64,000 bases of DNA from Takakia lepidozioides. Taxonomy: Eukaryota; Plantae; Bryophyta. Shown here in pieces: positions 1-13,500 of this stretch (position 1 is the first letter of the stretch; each line of letters opens with the position of its first letter). Both the position numbers and the translations under genes were made by a program. A model generated the notes under the pieces. The model was not told the DNA's origin. It saw nothing but the letters and a program-made list of their open reading frames with translations, and made no database searches. Location: contig CM060732.1 in NCBI GenBank assembly GCA_030704615.1, positions 9,796,001-9,860,000 of the forward strand. Reading direction: 5' to 3'.

Positions 1-506
1 CGCCAGCGATTTTGGAAATATGAAAAAAATAACACTGCCACTGGGTAACCTGCCACCATCATCCTTACTTTCCCCTGTCGTGTGGCAGGGACCTACCCAA
101 CAAAATACGTACTCGCAATCTGTAAACTAGGAGTATCGCCATTACAAATTCTGCTTCTCCTTTACTGATGATTGTATAACATGCCATTCATACAAGAAAC
201 AATTGCATGGACACAGATTTGATTTCACAAACACAGCCCAGTAACTTAGCATCGAGCATATTTCTTCAGGGATAATAAAGAAGCTAGGAAAGATACGACC
301 TAGCAACTCCCAGTGTCTGTGTCCAGTCACCCTCCCTCCCACCTGAGCTTCCCCTTACGGAAAGGGAAAAAATCCATATGAATATGTTTATTGTATTCGT
401 GTTCAGGGTTACTGGATCTGATTGAAGGCCTGCCCCTCAGGAATAAAGTTGAGATATGTTGGAATTCGACTTTCACTGACTGGTACATGAATTTTGCACA
501 TGAAAT

Positions 507-880
507 TATTGGAGAATGCCATGTCAACACTGTGAAACTCAAGCCAGGTGGAACTAGCCGTGGAGACATGGAATTATTAGCTAGCCTAATGGCTGTAGTG
601 CTGGCCAGCTATCTCTCTCACTAAGTTGTGTGTGTAAGGTTGCTCCTTCGTAGTTATGGTAGCACTACCTCTGTGTGTGTGTCTGAGAGCTTAAGTATGC
701 TCTGTACCTAGCCTGGTTTGGTACAGAGTTGTAACTCAGCATATCTATGGTATAATATATGTATTATGGTTGTTTGCGAAGCGATGGTGAAGTGTGTATG
801 AAGCAGTCTAGCTACTTGTGTGAGCAGAGTGATAAAGATCAGTCTAGTTTATCTTGTAACACAGTGGATATCATCCATTA
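507..880 (+). repeat. 5' LTR of copia (TATTGG...CCATTA)
   Basis: Direct repeat of 6310-6683 with about 9 substitutions counted by eye. Confidence 0.95.
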
Positions 881-893
881 GGTTATGGGCTCC
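881..893 (+). promoter_or_regulatory. Primer-binding site, internal (half) tRNA-iMet type
   Basis: GGTTATGGGCTCC directly abuts the 5' LTR and resembles the Drosophila copia GGTTATGGGCCC PBS. Confidence 0.7.
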
Positions 894-1277
894 TTTGCTT
901 AAGTATGTGCACTCTGTGTCAGAAGCATATTTTATTTGTAGTACGTGTGTCTTTCTCGGTATTTGTCTACAGTAGCATCTTTTCTTGCTACGTCTACGGC
1001 TCGTGCATGAGCCTACTAAGTATACAACTCTGCTTATAGTCTATTTCTTTTGAGTCTGTGGGTTCTTGCATCAGCCCATTACCAATCTTTGTTGTGGCAA
1101 ACATGGTGTAGCTTCATCTTGTTTTTCTTTGTTTTTATCTTTCTTTATTGCGGGATCTTGCATGAGCCTATCGTCGTACTAGTTTTTTTTTTTTTTTTTT
1201 TTTTTGTCCTTCTTGCGGGCCGTTTGGCCGTGCACCAAGGAAATTGTATTCCCTGCAGCAGTTCGTGTCCAGCCGCC

Positions 1278-4200
1278 ATGGCTGACAACACTCACGATCT
1301 TGGTAGCATAGCCCGTTTTAGGGGGGATAATTTCCATTTATGGAAATTCCAGATGCGAGCCATTCTTCTTGGCAAGGAGCTTATGGACATCGTTGATGGT
1401 GCCTCGCCCAAACCAGAGGAAACCGCTTCCGCTGCAGTTCGGTCAGAATGGGTTAAGCGGGACAGCCAAGCTTTTAGCCTTCTTTGTCAGGCATTGGATG
1501 AGTCCATGCTCAAGCACATATAATTCATGAGCAGAATGCCTCAAAGAATGTACACACGATGCAGCAGGAGTTTTACAAGTGTGCCATGGTTGAAGGGGAG
1601 AGTATTGCTGATTTTCTTGGCAAGATAGAGCTCATTGTGTCTCAGCTGGCTAATCGCGGGGACACTACCTTCAATGAGCAGGCCATAGTGTCCAAGATTC
1701 TCTGCAACCTTTCAAGAGCGTTTGACAACATGATTCCTGCATGGCGCATGCAACCGACTGCCTCCAAGACCCTGACAAACCTCACCTTACAGCTCCTTCA
1801 GACGGAAGGGACTCTCAAGACACGGTCAGATGCCACCATTGCCTCAGCCCAGGCATACGCTGCTACAATGAAAGGGAAGAACTCGACAGAGTACACCCCT
1901 GAGCAATGTGCGGCAAGAAGGAAGGAGATTCTTGATCGCAAGAAAGTCACCGAATGCTGGAAGTGTGGCAAGAACGGCCACTAGGGTCGCGAATGCACGG
2001 CCACAGAAGAGGAGCAGCAGGAAGCACCAAGAGTCGAAGCGCAAGACCGCTGGTGAGCAGAGCAGCTCAAGCAAGATCAGCAACCTGAAGGCTTACATGG
2101 CGTTTGTTGGGGAAGATTCATACCGACCGTCATGCTGGTACGTTGACAATGGATGCATGAAACACATGTCAGAGAATCGGTATTTTTTCTCCACATATCG
2201 TGAACTTCCTAGTGCTCATCACCCTGTTGAGGATATTGGAGGCGTGCAACTTCAAGCAGCTGGCATTAGTGACATTGTGATCAGGATCCAGCAAGCGGAG
2301 GGGTTTACCTTTGGGGTCTTGAAAGATGTCTTGCATGTACCTAATCTTGGATGCAATCTTTTCTCATCGTACGTCGCTGCACAGAGACAGATCTTTACAT
2401 TACACACGGATACTGGTTGCCACCTGCTGGAGAAGGGCAAAACTGTAATGTCCAGGGTGATTCAAGATCGCATGTATCGGCTCCTTATTGAGGTTGTACA
2501 CTATGAGCCGGAATCCGTGGCTCTTGCTATGACGTCTGCTACATCCTTTGGTGTACCAACTCTAGCTGAAGCAGGCAGTCGCTCGAGATCTGGCATCGCC
2601 GCTTCTCTCACACCAACTATGCAACGGTCCAACAGATGACGGCGCAAGGATTAGTTGACGGCATCACTCAAAGAGAGAGGAATTTCTGCCCTGGCTGCGG
2701 GGCAGTTGCAGGGTTGAGTGGACCAAAAACGGCAAATCCTGCTCCATGAAAGTCCATGACCAAAAACAAAAAGTTGAGGATACTATCCCAAAATATTTTT
2801 TTAGTAATAGATAATGGTATACTGAACATATTTAGTAAAGAGTCCTACCCCAAATATTAAAGATATAATTCATTAAATTTTTTAATATATTATTTAGAGA
2901 AATTCTGAAAAACTAAAAATTAGAGTTTACAAAAAAAATTCAATATGACACCTAGCCATTGAAGATTATAGGTTTTTATACTTCTAGAAAAAAAGTGACA
3001 CCCAAAATCCAAAAATCAAGATGAGCTATGGACTTTTCAAAAAATGCCTATTTGTTTTACATATATTAGTCCATATGAGTCAAATGACAAATGATTTTGC
3101 CACTTCAAATCCATACCTATGATGTGGACCAAAATGGCCCACCTTATGTCCAAATTTCAATGGAATTCATCAATGGCACATAGGAGAACTTGAGTCCATT
3201 GTAATTCCATTCATTGCGGTAATAGTCCACAATGACAGTGTTCAAAAGTCCATAGCGGAGTCATCTCTTATCGGATTCATGATTGGAGAGTTGCTATGGG
3301 TGCGTATTGAAGCCAGGAATCCAATGACATATATATTTTCTGATTTAAATGAGTTAATTCAATTTCAATTGATGACACCATCAATTGCAGTCATCTAAAA
3401 CTGTGCTGGTAACGTCCATTTTGGTCCAGTCAACCCTGCATTCACCCTGCGCGTATGGGAAGCAACATCGCCATGTGTTTCCTCATGACGAGCACAAGGA
3501 GCATTCAAAAGTACTAGGAGATCTCGTTCACACAGATTTATGTGGGACCAATGTCTACTCTTTCAATCGGCGGGGCGTTATATTTTGCTCTGTTCAAGGA
3601 CGATAGCACTGGGTTCAGGGTTATCGAATGCTTGAAGACGAAGCCAGAAACTGTTAAAGCCTTTAAACGGTTTGCAGCTCAGCTCCTGTGTGAGACTGGC
3701 AACATGATCAAGATCATCCGCAGTGATCGGGGCACTGAGTTTACCAGTTGCATCTTTCATCAGTTTTTGGATGCTAAGGATATTACGCAAGAACTGACTA
3801 CCCCTTCTACGTCGGAGCAGAATGGAGCATCAGAGCGAGACAACAAAACAATAATAGAAGCTGTCAGGACGATGTTGCATGCTGGCAATATTCATCACAA
3901 GTTCTGGGCAGAGGCGGCCCATATAGCTGTCTACACGCTGAATCGCACAGCAACACGCACAATTCATGGTCGCACACCATTTGAGCTCTGGTATAACAAG
4001 AAACCATCTGTCTCGCATCTCCGTGTGTTTGGTTCTGATGCGTATGTCCATGTCCCGAAAGAATTTCGGAAGAAGTTGAATGCGAAGAGCCGGAAAGGTG
4101 TGTTCATGGGATATTCCACAACTAGTAAAGCATACAGGGTGTGGAATAATGAACTTCGGCGCATCGAAGAGAGCCGGGATGTGATCTTTAATGAAGACAT

Positions 4201-6250
4201 CACGACAGAAGGGACCAGTGGGAGTCATGAGTGGCTCATATATCCAGGTGAGATGCTGAATGTGGGGGACATTGCCCCATCGAATGGCCCAGCAGTGCCA
4301 CCACCTGTGGTTCAAGCAATGATGGTGCCGCTACCACGAGCGTTTATTCCAGCAGCTAATCCGTTACCAGGTTTACATCCCAATCCTGCTCTCGATGAAT
4401 CTCAGCAGGACGTCCCTAGCAGCCCGTTAATTCCTAGCTCTGATGCACGCAGATCTGAGTCGCAAAGTACCGAAGGCGACACAAATTAACCAAGTTATGA
4501 AATACCGGCTCAGTGGGAGCATCTCAATATCGATCTGGAGGATCTTGTAGACGCTCATCAACAACCTGTAGAAGAAATTCCAGTACCAACAGTAGGCGCC
4601 AGGCAACGTAATCCTCCAACCCGCTACGGTGATTGGATCTATCTCGTGAACAGAAATTTATACGCGTGCACCGCAACAGTCATGGAGCTACCTATTCAAC
4701 CAAATACATTTGAGGAGGCGATGGCCTCACCTCAAAATGACAAGTGGATGAAGGCAATGCGTGAAGAATACGAATCCCTTATGATTAATGAAACCTGGAG
4801 TTTAGAATCTCTACCCAGTGACAGGAAGACTGTGAAGAACAAATGGGTCTATAAGCTTAAACTTGCAGCTGATGGTTCGGTAGACAGATACAAAGCAAGT
4901 CTGTGTGCGAAGGGGTACACTCAGCGGGAGGGGCTGGATTACAAGGATACTTTTAGCCCTGTGGTTAAGTTTGACTCAATAAGAACTATACTGTCAAATA
5001 TTGCAGCTGCCGAAGATCTGAACATCACCCAATTTGATGTTCGTACAGCATTTCTCTATGGAGAAATAGAGGAATCAATATTTATGGAGCAGCCAACAGG
5101 ATTCTAGGACCCCTCGGCACCCGGACAAGTCTGTCGTCTCAAGAAAGCCCTATATGGGCTCAAACAATCTCCCAGGGCGTGGAATAAGAAATTCGACCAG
5201 TTCCTACAGGCATACGATCTTCTGGTCTCCAATGCTGATGTTTGTGTTTACGTCAACAAGCTTGCACCCAGACTTATTCTTGCAATCTGGGTTAACGATG
5301 GCATTGTCTGCAGTGTGTTGAATGAGACTATTATTGGCATCTTGAACTATATGGAGGGGGCGTTCGAGATAACAAAGGGACTGGCCGAAATATTTGTTGG
5401 CCTTCACATCACTCGGAACAGAGAGCAGAAACTCATTCATTTGGATCAGAGGAGATATCTCGAACGAGTGTTGCACAAGTTTGGGCATGAGCACTACAAC
5501 CAACCCAAACAGTGCCACTGAATTAGCTCTATGGAACGGCAGCAGTGCGGAGGTGTAGTCACATGGCCCTATCGTGAATGCATTGGTTGCCTGCAGTTTG
5601 CATCGATTGGGACCAGATTTGATATCAGCTACGCTGTGAGCAACGCCGCCAAGTTCAGCAACCGTCCCAATGCATCACATGTGTCAGCAGTGAAAAGAAT
5701 TCTCAGGTACATTCGCGGTACTCTAGGGATGAGGATCACTTACGGTCCAGGCAAGCCCAAGGACTTGCATCAGCTCACAGCATATTGCGATGTTGATTTC
5801 GTAGCAAACATCGATGACCGGAAGTCACGATCAGGCTTTCTACTCATGCTGAATGGAGGACCGGTAGCGTGGGGAAGTCGGAAACAAACATGTATTGCAG
5901 GAAGCATGACTGAGTCGGAGTATGTGGCCGCGGCTCTAGCATCCCAGGAGGTTATTTGGATGCAACGTTTGCTAACAAGCATTCGATTCCCTCAGGCCAA
6001 CCCGACCAAGCTTTTCAGCGACAACCAAGCCGCTATCCGTCTTGTGCAGAACCCTGTCTTTCACCAGCGTACCAAGCATATTGCAACGAAGTATCACAAG
6101 ATTCGAGATGCACAGCAAGAAGGGGAGATTGCTTTGACATATGTGTCTACTGAAGATCAGTTTGCAGATGTTCTTACCAAGTCTCTGCCTCGAGACAAAT
6201 TCCAGCGTATTTGCTTCCGGGCTGGACTCACAGCTGCACCTAATAAATAA
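1278..6250 (+). pseudogene. Copia gag-pol polyprotein with stops and frameshifts
   Basis: GDNFHLWKFQM gag, CWKCGKNGH knuckle, WYVDNGC protease, IRSDRGTEF/EQNGASER integrase, KWVYKLK/QFDVRTAFLYG RT, DNQAAI/RTKHI RNase H. Confidence 0.95.
2700..3447. mobile_element. Non-autonomous TIR element (MITE) inserted in the copia integrase Zn finger
   Basis: 29-bp imperfect TIR GGGnnnnTGCAGGGTTGASTGGACCAAAA; TSD TGCG; AT-rich interior; removal restores CPGCAYGKQHR. Confidence 0.9.
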
Positions 6251-6309
6251 AGTAACGCACTGTGCTGAAGTGGGAGACTTGGTTGAGTCATCACAATGCT
6301 GAGTGGGAG

Positions 6310-6683
6310 TATTGGAGAATGCCATGTCAGCACTGTGAAACTCAAGCCAAGTGGAACTAGCCGTGGAGACATGGAACTATTAGCTAGCCTAAGGGCTGTA
6401 GTGCTGGCCAGCTATCTCTCTCACTAAGTTGTGTGTGTAAGGTTGCTCCTTCGTAGTTATGGTAGCACTACCTCTGTGTGTGTGTCTGAGAGCTTAAGTA
6501 TGCTCTGTACCTAGCCTGGTTTGGTACAGAGTTGTAACTCAGCATATCTATGGTATAATATATGTATTATGGTTGCTTACGAAGCGGCGGTGAAGTGTGT
6601 ATGAAGCAGTCTAGCTACTTGTGTGAGCATAGTGATAAAGATCAGTCTAGTTTATCTTGTAACACAGTGGATATCATCCATTA
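6310..6683 (+). repeat. 3' LTR of copia
   Basis: Preceded by purine tract GAGTGGGAG; matches 507-880. Confidence 0.95.
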
Positions 6684-7562
6684 ACCATCCATTATCTGCT
6701 TTCTCGACGTATAATCAGCCCAACGTTATCTACGTTTCGGGGCTCAATGTAGCACCGCTGAAATCGTCTCCCAGTGCTGAACGTACTAATAGTAGCCAAT
6801 TATGCCTTCGGAATAGGACTATCTAGTCAGATAAGTTCAAAGCAGGATTTGGGTGAAGATTTTGCAACAACCACATCAGTTTGAGCTCATCAATGTCGGC
6901 GTTCATGAAATGCACCGTTAACCAGTACATCGAGAAACGACATGCTTAGGCGGTGCATTAGTAGAAACTACGTAAGTTTCTGCAAAGCCTACAAGGAAGT
7001 AGTCGAAAGCAGATGAAAAAAAAACCAGAAACATCCCCTGCAAGATCCAACAGCCAGCTACAAATAACGCCTTACAATTTAGCGTTTTTCATGCAACACA
7101 AGGGCACACTCACCTCCAGGAGCGAACCCAACTGGATAGACAGGAAACAAACTGGAAAGCCCAAAAAATGCGATGCGAAGTCAAGCAGGCAAAGTTTATC
7201 CCTCCCTTGAATCTTCCCCTTGGCACGAGGATCGTGCTCCTCCGTGCCCCCAACAACCTCGCGCTGGAGAGGACACTATGTTCTCCACGGCCCCGAAGTC
7301 CGCGATCTCTTTTCAAGGAGACAAAGTTACAACGCTTATTTTGTAAAGTTTTTTTATATTGAGGAGCTTGTATCAAACCTAAATGGCATAGCATGATTGA
7401 TGGTCCATACTTATTAGACTAAAACATTTCTCCTTGTCTTACTATTGCTGTATTCTGGTTCCTCAAAAAATCCAACACGATCTATTCAAAGAGGAAAGTG
7501 GAAGTGGAGGAAGTGGAAATAAAAGGAAGTGGGGTTTTGTCTAGATTTTTTTCAGTGCAGCC

Positions 7563-10500
7563 ATGGCGAAGCGCGGGGCCGTGCTACCAGCGTCAGCCTC
7601 GCCCGAGTCTTCTCCCACCCCCGAGCATAGCGATGGTGACGAGGAGGTAGCGCGCAGCGGTGCCTCGTCGGAAGGGGACACAAACAGCAGCGGGTCTGAG
7701 GTGGCCGATGATTCTGCAAGCAGTCAATCGGACCCCAGCTCAGCCCCTTCACAGGTACGTCCCTTTTGCGTGTTACTTCCTGTTTTCCTCGATGGGAGCA
7801 GGAACCCAGAAAACTTCTCCCGAGAATTGGTTGCAGACTTTCACTAGCGTTGAGTGCGAGAAAATGGAAATGATGGGTTTATTTTTCTCGGTTTCTTACG
7901 AAGATATATCTCTGTATAGCTCAGTTTTCATCTGCTGTTTTCTAGTCGTACAGAATACCCGAGAACATTCCAGCGGCATTCTAGATTCTACGATGCCGAG
8001 TGATTAAGTGTTTCCACGTTGATTTCTGGCTGCGGGGAGGTGCACAATCTACAAATCTAGTACACGGTAGGAGGGTGTCCTGTTGCCTTTTGAAGTTTTG
8101 AGTTTTTGAAGTTTTTAACACCATAACGTTTGTGGTGGAAGTTCACCCTTTGATGCTCTCAAGGGAATTGCTTGAAAAAAATATCTGATTGATTGAGCAA
8201 AGTTCGAACTTATAGTGATTTTGCAAAATTTTGTGCTATTTGTTTCCACTTCTCTGCTTCCAGCTTCTCTACCATTGAGCAAAGGGTTGGTGCAGGAAAT
8301 TGTGAATGTCGATGTTGAGTTCTTTGATCCGAAGCCATCTGATTTTCACGGAATAAAGACTCTGCTGCGCATGTATCTGGATGATGAAATCTGGGATATC
8401 AGTGGGTTTGTGGATTTGGTGTTGGCCCAGACTACTGTGGGCTCTGTCATCAAGACTGAAGATGACGAGGATCCCATTGGACTTGTCAGTGTACTCAATC
8501 TTGCCAGATACAAGGTGGTGGCCCCACTCTTATCCTTCTGCGAGCCTTCCTTGCCAATGATTTCCTTTGCTGTTCCCTTCTAGAGATGTGGAGTCAGGGT
8601 TTTAAACCCTAAACCTTCAGGCACGAAGTGTGTGACCACGGATTGCAACCCCAAGACATGGTAAGTTGTGGTAGGCTTGAGCTTACTCGTTAACTGTTCT
8701 GCGTCAACAGTAACCTATTGACATCTGAACATCCACAGTGCTCCATCTGTTAGGCACCCCTATCACATCATAACAGTGGGCTCAGGTCTGCTTCTTTGTA
8801 ACAAGGGATTCAAGGTTCATCTGAGGGTTTTAATTTTTTTCCCTCATATGGACCAGGATAGGGCAGTCCTGTATCCCGGGGAAAGTCTTGCTTATGTCTG
8901 AAGTCTTAGAGCAAGTGCCAATTGTCAGTTGTGAACCACTACAGTCAACCCTGGATAATTTCAAGTGTTAAAAATATCCCACTCCTGCCTTCACTAAATG
9001 ACCTTGGATAAGTGTTAAGTCAGCCAACTTTGCATATACTATAGCCCCTCAAGGGCATTTGACTCTGCTGCAATTAGTCAGAGAGAACTAGGCTTCTGGA
9101 GTTTGCTTCGAACAATCGATGCTCATGAACATCTTCATTTTGAGGTCGGATTTGATCTGAATTTTGCTTACATGTACCGACAGATGATTAGATATGGGAG
9201 TCTAGAGATGAACCTCATCAACATCTATAGATGGCATGAGTATTGTATTGCTGTTTTGGGACAGCAACCCCATAATACAACCTAGATGGTAAAGAAACAT
9301 TATCATTGAATGAAGACTTGGTTGGAATGTACATTTAGGACTATCGTAAGACCACTATGGATGATTATTTGAAGTAATGTTTTATTGTATCAATGGACTG
9401 ACGAGATAATTACCTACAAGAATCCTTGTCTTTGAAAATGGCCCCTTTATGTTATCTGAGTAATACTGCTTGGTTTAATGGTACATATTATAAATGTTAT
9501 TTTCAACTTTTTGAACCCTCTTTATGCATGAAGAGTGTTAATCCTCTACAAAAGTTCTTTGCTACTCCTGAGGCCTAACATTTAACCAGGGTTGACTGCT
9601 TGCTACTTATTTGAGAGTTAGCAAAATCCACGAAGTAACATTACCCACACTAGGGCCATGCTGGCATTCTCACTCTGACTTTTTGGATCTGCTGTCGTTG
9701 CAGCAGTAAAAAAGGACCTCTACAAACCTGCTCTACCCAAAGAGAGCTTATGATGAAAGCTGATGTGTTGAGGGAGTTGAGGGGAATTATCTTCTAAAGA
9801 ATTGTTGTTGAACATCGTGCTGATGTCATTGGTGCTGTCTCCAGGAAAGTCTGTGTATGCTGCAGCTTCACAAGTTTTTGTCAAACAAATGTTCTGAGAA
9901 GCCTGAAGCCACGAAGTTGGATGAGCTTTGGAGCAAGCACGCTAAAGAGGTTGGGCTGCTTGTTAGCGAGCGGTTGCTGAATCTTCCCCTGGAACTGGCC
10001 CCTCCTCTTTATACTGGTCTCTTTGATGAAATATCTTGGGCCACAGAGGATGAGGTATACACTGAACCTTCTCTCATGTCAGTGAACTCATGTGTTTTCC
10101 ACCTGTGAGCAGAAGAGCTGTGGGACTCTGATCTGGTGTTTCAATCCTGGCCTCCTTTGCTTGTTGGTCAGATATTGGTGGTTGTGCCCAGCTGTGTGAG
10201 CACTGCATGATTTGTGTCTATGCAGTGCAGTAGCTATGGGTTGTTGTGTGGGTGTATGTGTGCATGCCTAGCCAGTGCGGTGTCATGTCCTGTGTTTTGC
10301 CTGATTGGTTATAATTTAAACTCTCGGTAGTAAAAATTGATCAACGGAGTAAAAAGTTAGACTAAGCCTAAAATGCCATAGCCACAGAACAAGGGGCCGT
10401 ACAAAAATACAAAGGGCAGAGCGCAAGGCTCTGGAGCAATCTAAAATCAGGCCCTCATTTTCTTGTCTTTGGATATCTTCTCTCCTTGCATTGTGGCTAG

Positions 10501-13500
10501 CTTGATGCTGGCTATCGTGGTACTAATGATGCGTTGCCAGGTTGCTCTTTTAGTCTGATTCATTTTGTTCAGGTTTTCCTGAAGCTATGCCGATACGTCA
10601 GTTCGGTAGAGTTGGTCCGAATTCATAATGAATCTCTGGTTGCCATAGGTTCTAGCAATAATCACCATGTCTGGAAAGCCACGGTCGTTTTTCTAGACAA
10701 ACCTAGCCAGTCTACTTGAGGTAAAAATTGATGGGCTATTCACTATTTTTTGGTTTTAAGGTGGCTAGGTTTTCTAAACTTGGTGGCAGAGGTGTCGGCC
10801 ATCAGCTCCTGCCCTTAAAGGACAGATGTTTGCAGTCTACAGCCCATTATCATAGTACTTCTACAGGGCAGCCGTGTTGCCACACTGGTGGTGGATGACC
10901 AGTGGTTGGAGCTGCTGATAAGTTGGCGTGAACATGGATGATTGCAGCCTTCGGAAATCCTGCGGGACTCCTTCAAGTTCAAACACTATTTGCTTTTAAC
11001 TCGCGTTTCCGAAGAGCTGAATAAGGAAGATGACACTTCTAAAAGCCATTATCAAAAGAAGGTCAGTAAAGTGTTGTGACAGGGTTCATCTCTCTCTCTG
11101 TCTCTGTCACCCGTTCTTAGGCCACAAGGCTTCTGCAGCAAAGTCTGGTCAGTGCATCGTTTTGTTCTCTTTCTAATTTGTGGTAAGGAAAATGTTAATT
11201 TCTTTGCAATCCTCTATGCTTTCAGCTGTTTTTCAACACCCTATCATGATGACACTTCAGATTTCAGTATTTATAGACTTCGATGGCAATTGATGCAGAG
11301 GCAAAAGCAGGAGTTGCGGAGGGGTGGAAATCTTATCTATCTCAAACCAGAGGATGAAATATTTCACCAGGTATGGTGGACTCCAGTGCTTTTTAGTTGC
11401 AGGGGAGGTCTGATGCAATGGAAATAAATGAATTTCGATTGGGATTGTGTCTAGAGAATGTACGCATAAGACATTGTTTGCCGCCATAGACCCTGCGCCT
11501 AGTTTGGGCGGAACAAAAGGGAATGGACACTATCTTTGTGTGGGGCCCACCAGTAGTGGGACTTACCTTGAAACAATTAGTTGAGGCTTTCCAGTTTCCT
11601 CTAGAAAACCCTTCCCACAAGCATCAATGTGATGTGTGAGCTGCCCAGCAATTAGACCCAAACAGGGCCAGGGCTATAGACTCGGCCTCGAGAATTTGAA
11701 AGTTGGTAATCATGATTCAGGGACTATGCTCTTGGTGGTCCTGAAGAGGGTCACTCTGCTAAGAATACCCCCGACATTGTATGAGAAAATGGATATTGTG
11801 TTCAGGCTGCTCGCTCTGCGTCTGTTTATTGTTCAAGGTAGACTCCCCGCCGAGTTTAAATTCCAGTCACTGAGATTAGGTAGGCCTTTCAGCCCATGTC
11901 ACAGACTGGAAACAAGTGCAGGGAAGTTTTATACCTAACCTCATTGTCTTCGGACATTCTTCGTACAATGGGCTTAGATACTTCAGCCTCCAAATCAGAC
12001 TCATGTAACAGGGTCAGTTCTTCCTGCCTAACATTCAGGTACTTGAAAGTCTCCTCTACCTTTTTCCGCCAGGACTTAGCCTGTTTAACAGGACAGTCTT
12101 GCTTCCAAGAAGTAGAGTCGATTATCTAAGGGTATCTTGCATTAGGCATGCGATTCAACTCACCCCACCATCTGACCTTCAACTCATCATGGGAGCTCAA
12201 GGTAGTTTGCTAAACTCTCCCCGAACAGCCATGTTAGCTGTTCCGGAGCACGCTGACATGCTCGCTTTGAGCAGCAAAAGCTGAAAGGATTCTAAAGTTT
12301 TAGCATGGTTGGAGTTGCCAATCCACACAGCAGATGCACACTCCAAGGTAGGTCCAATTACGTCGCAAAGCATGGTCCTTTTTACTTCAAATTACTCCCT
12401 CTGCGGTGGAAAATTGAGTGAGACCCAAAGCTTTGCGTTTACCTGTTTGAACCACTTTATAAATATGCGTGTCCCAGTTAAACCTCAACACCAAGATATG
12501 TGTAGGTAGGGAGCACCGGGATGCCCCATGTCCATTGAGATCCCCTCCTCCCTCCCCACGATCATTGAAGGCAACCACCATGCATTTACTAACATTGGCT
12601 TTTAGCCTCCACATGTCAGTAGCACAATCAATTAACTCCTGAAGGGATCCCAGGCCCGCAAAGTCATCCACAGACTTAAGAGCTGGTATGGTGGCATCAC
12701 CCACCTTTAACCCAATTCCTTCGCTTTCCACATCTTCAAGGACCTGATTAATGAAAACATTGAAGAGCAGTGGGGAGAGGGTACAACCTTGAGCTACACC
12801 CCGGTCACATGTCAAAGAAATTAGACTTCTGGCCATTGACCATAACACAGTTTTTGGTGGTCACATACAGGTTGTGAACCATCCTGCACGACTTTCCCCT
12901 GACCCCAGTATATCACAGAGGAAGCCACAGCCTGTCATGTCATAAGCCTTTTGTACATCCAGGAACAAGACTAAGGTGGGTTTTCCTTCTTTTTTCCTTC
13001 CCTGAATATTCTGGCTTAGGGTGAAGATATGGTTGACGCAGCCCCTATGTCTCCAGAAGCCCGCCTGACCTTCATGGAAACACTTCTAGACTCCGAATGA
13101 ATCTTGAGACGGGTATTATTTTTATTGTACAAACAGCTTGCCAACTGTGCTAAGAATTGTAATGCCACAGTAGTTCCAAGGCTATTCTCTGGCGCCTTTC
13201 TGATACAGATTAACAATGAGGTTGTTCAATGCACCACCTTACCTGAAGCAAACTGCTTCAGGTCAAACAAACATAGGCGAGGGTCACAAGGCCAGCATTT
13301 GGTCAGAGACGTTTATCTGCTCCCACATTAAGTTCACCTATTTAGTAGGCTACCTAGTGGCAGGGAGATCAGCAATTAGAATGTACTCATAAGACGTTGT
13401 TTGCCGTAGCCTTGTGGCCATAGACCCCGTGCCCAGTTTGGGCGGAACAAAAAGGAGCAGAAAGTACCTTTGTGAGGGGCTCACTCCGGTAGTGTGACTT

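Larger units (their letters stand above)
507..6683 (+). mobile_element. Ty1/copia LTR retrotransposon, full length but decayed
   Basis: Two 374-bp LTRs, PBS, PPT and gag-PR-INT-RT-RH order; no matching TSD (GAAAT left, ACCAT right). Confidence 0.97.

Noticed and set aside
327-624. Short ORFs overlapping the copia LTR, and many antisense ORFs over transposon genes
   Set aside because: They cross element boundaries or shadow real frames and show no recognisable motifs
8597-8615. Telo-box-like AAACCCTAAACC in BCCIP intron 2
   Set aside because: A single short motif ~1 kb from the start codon; insufficient support
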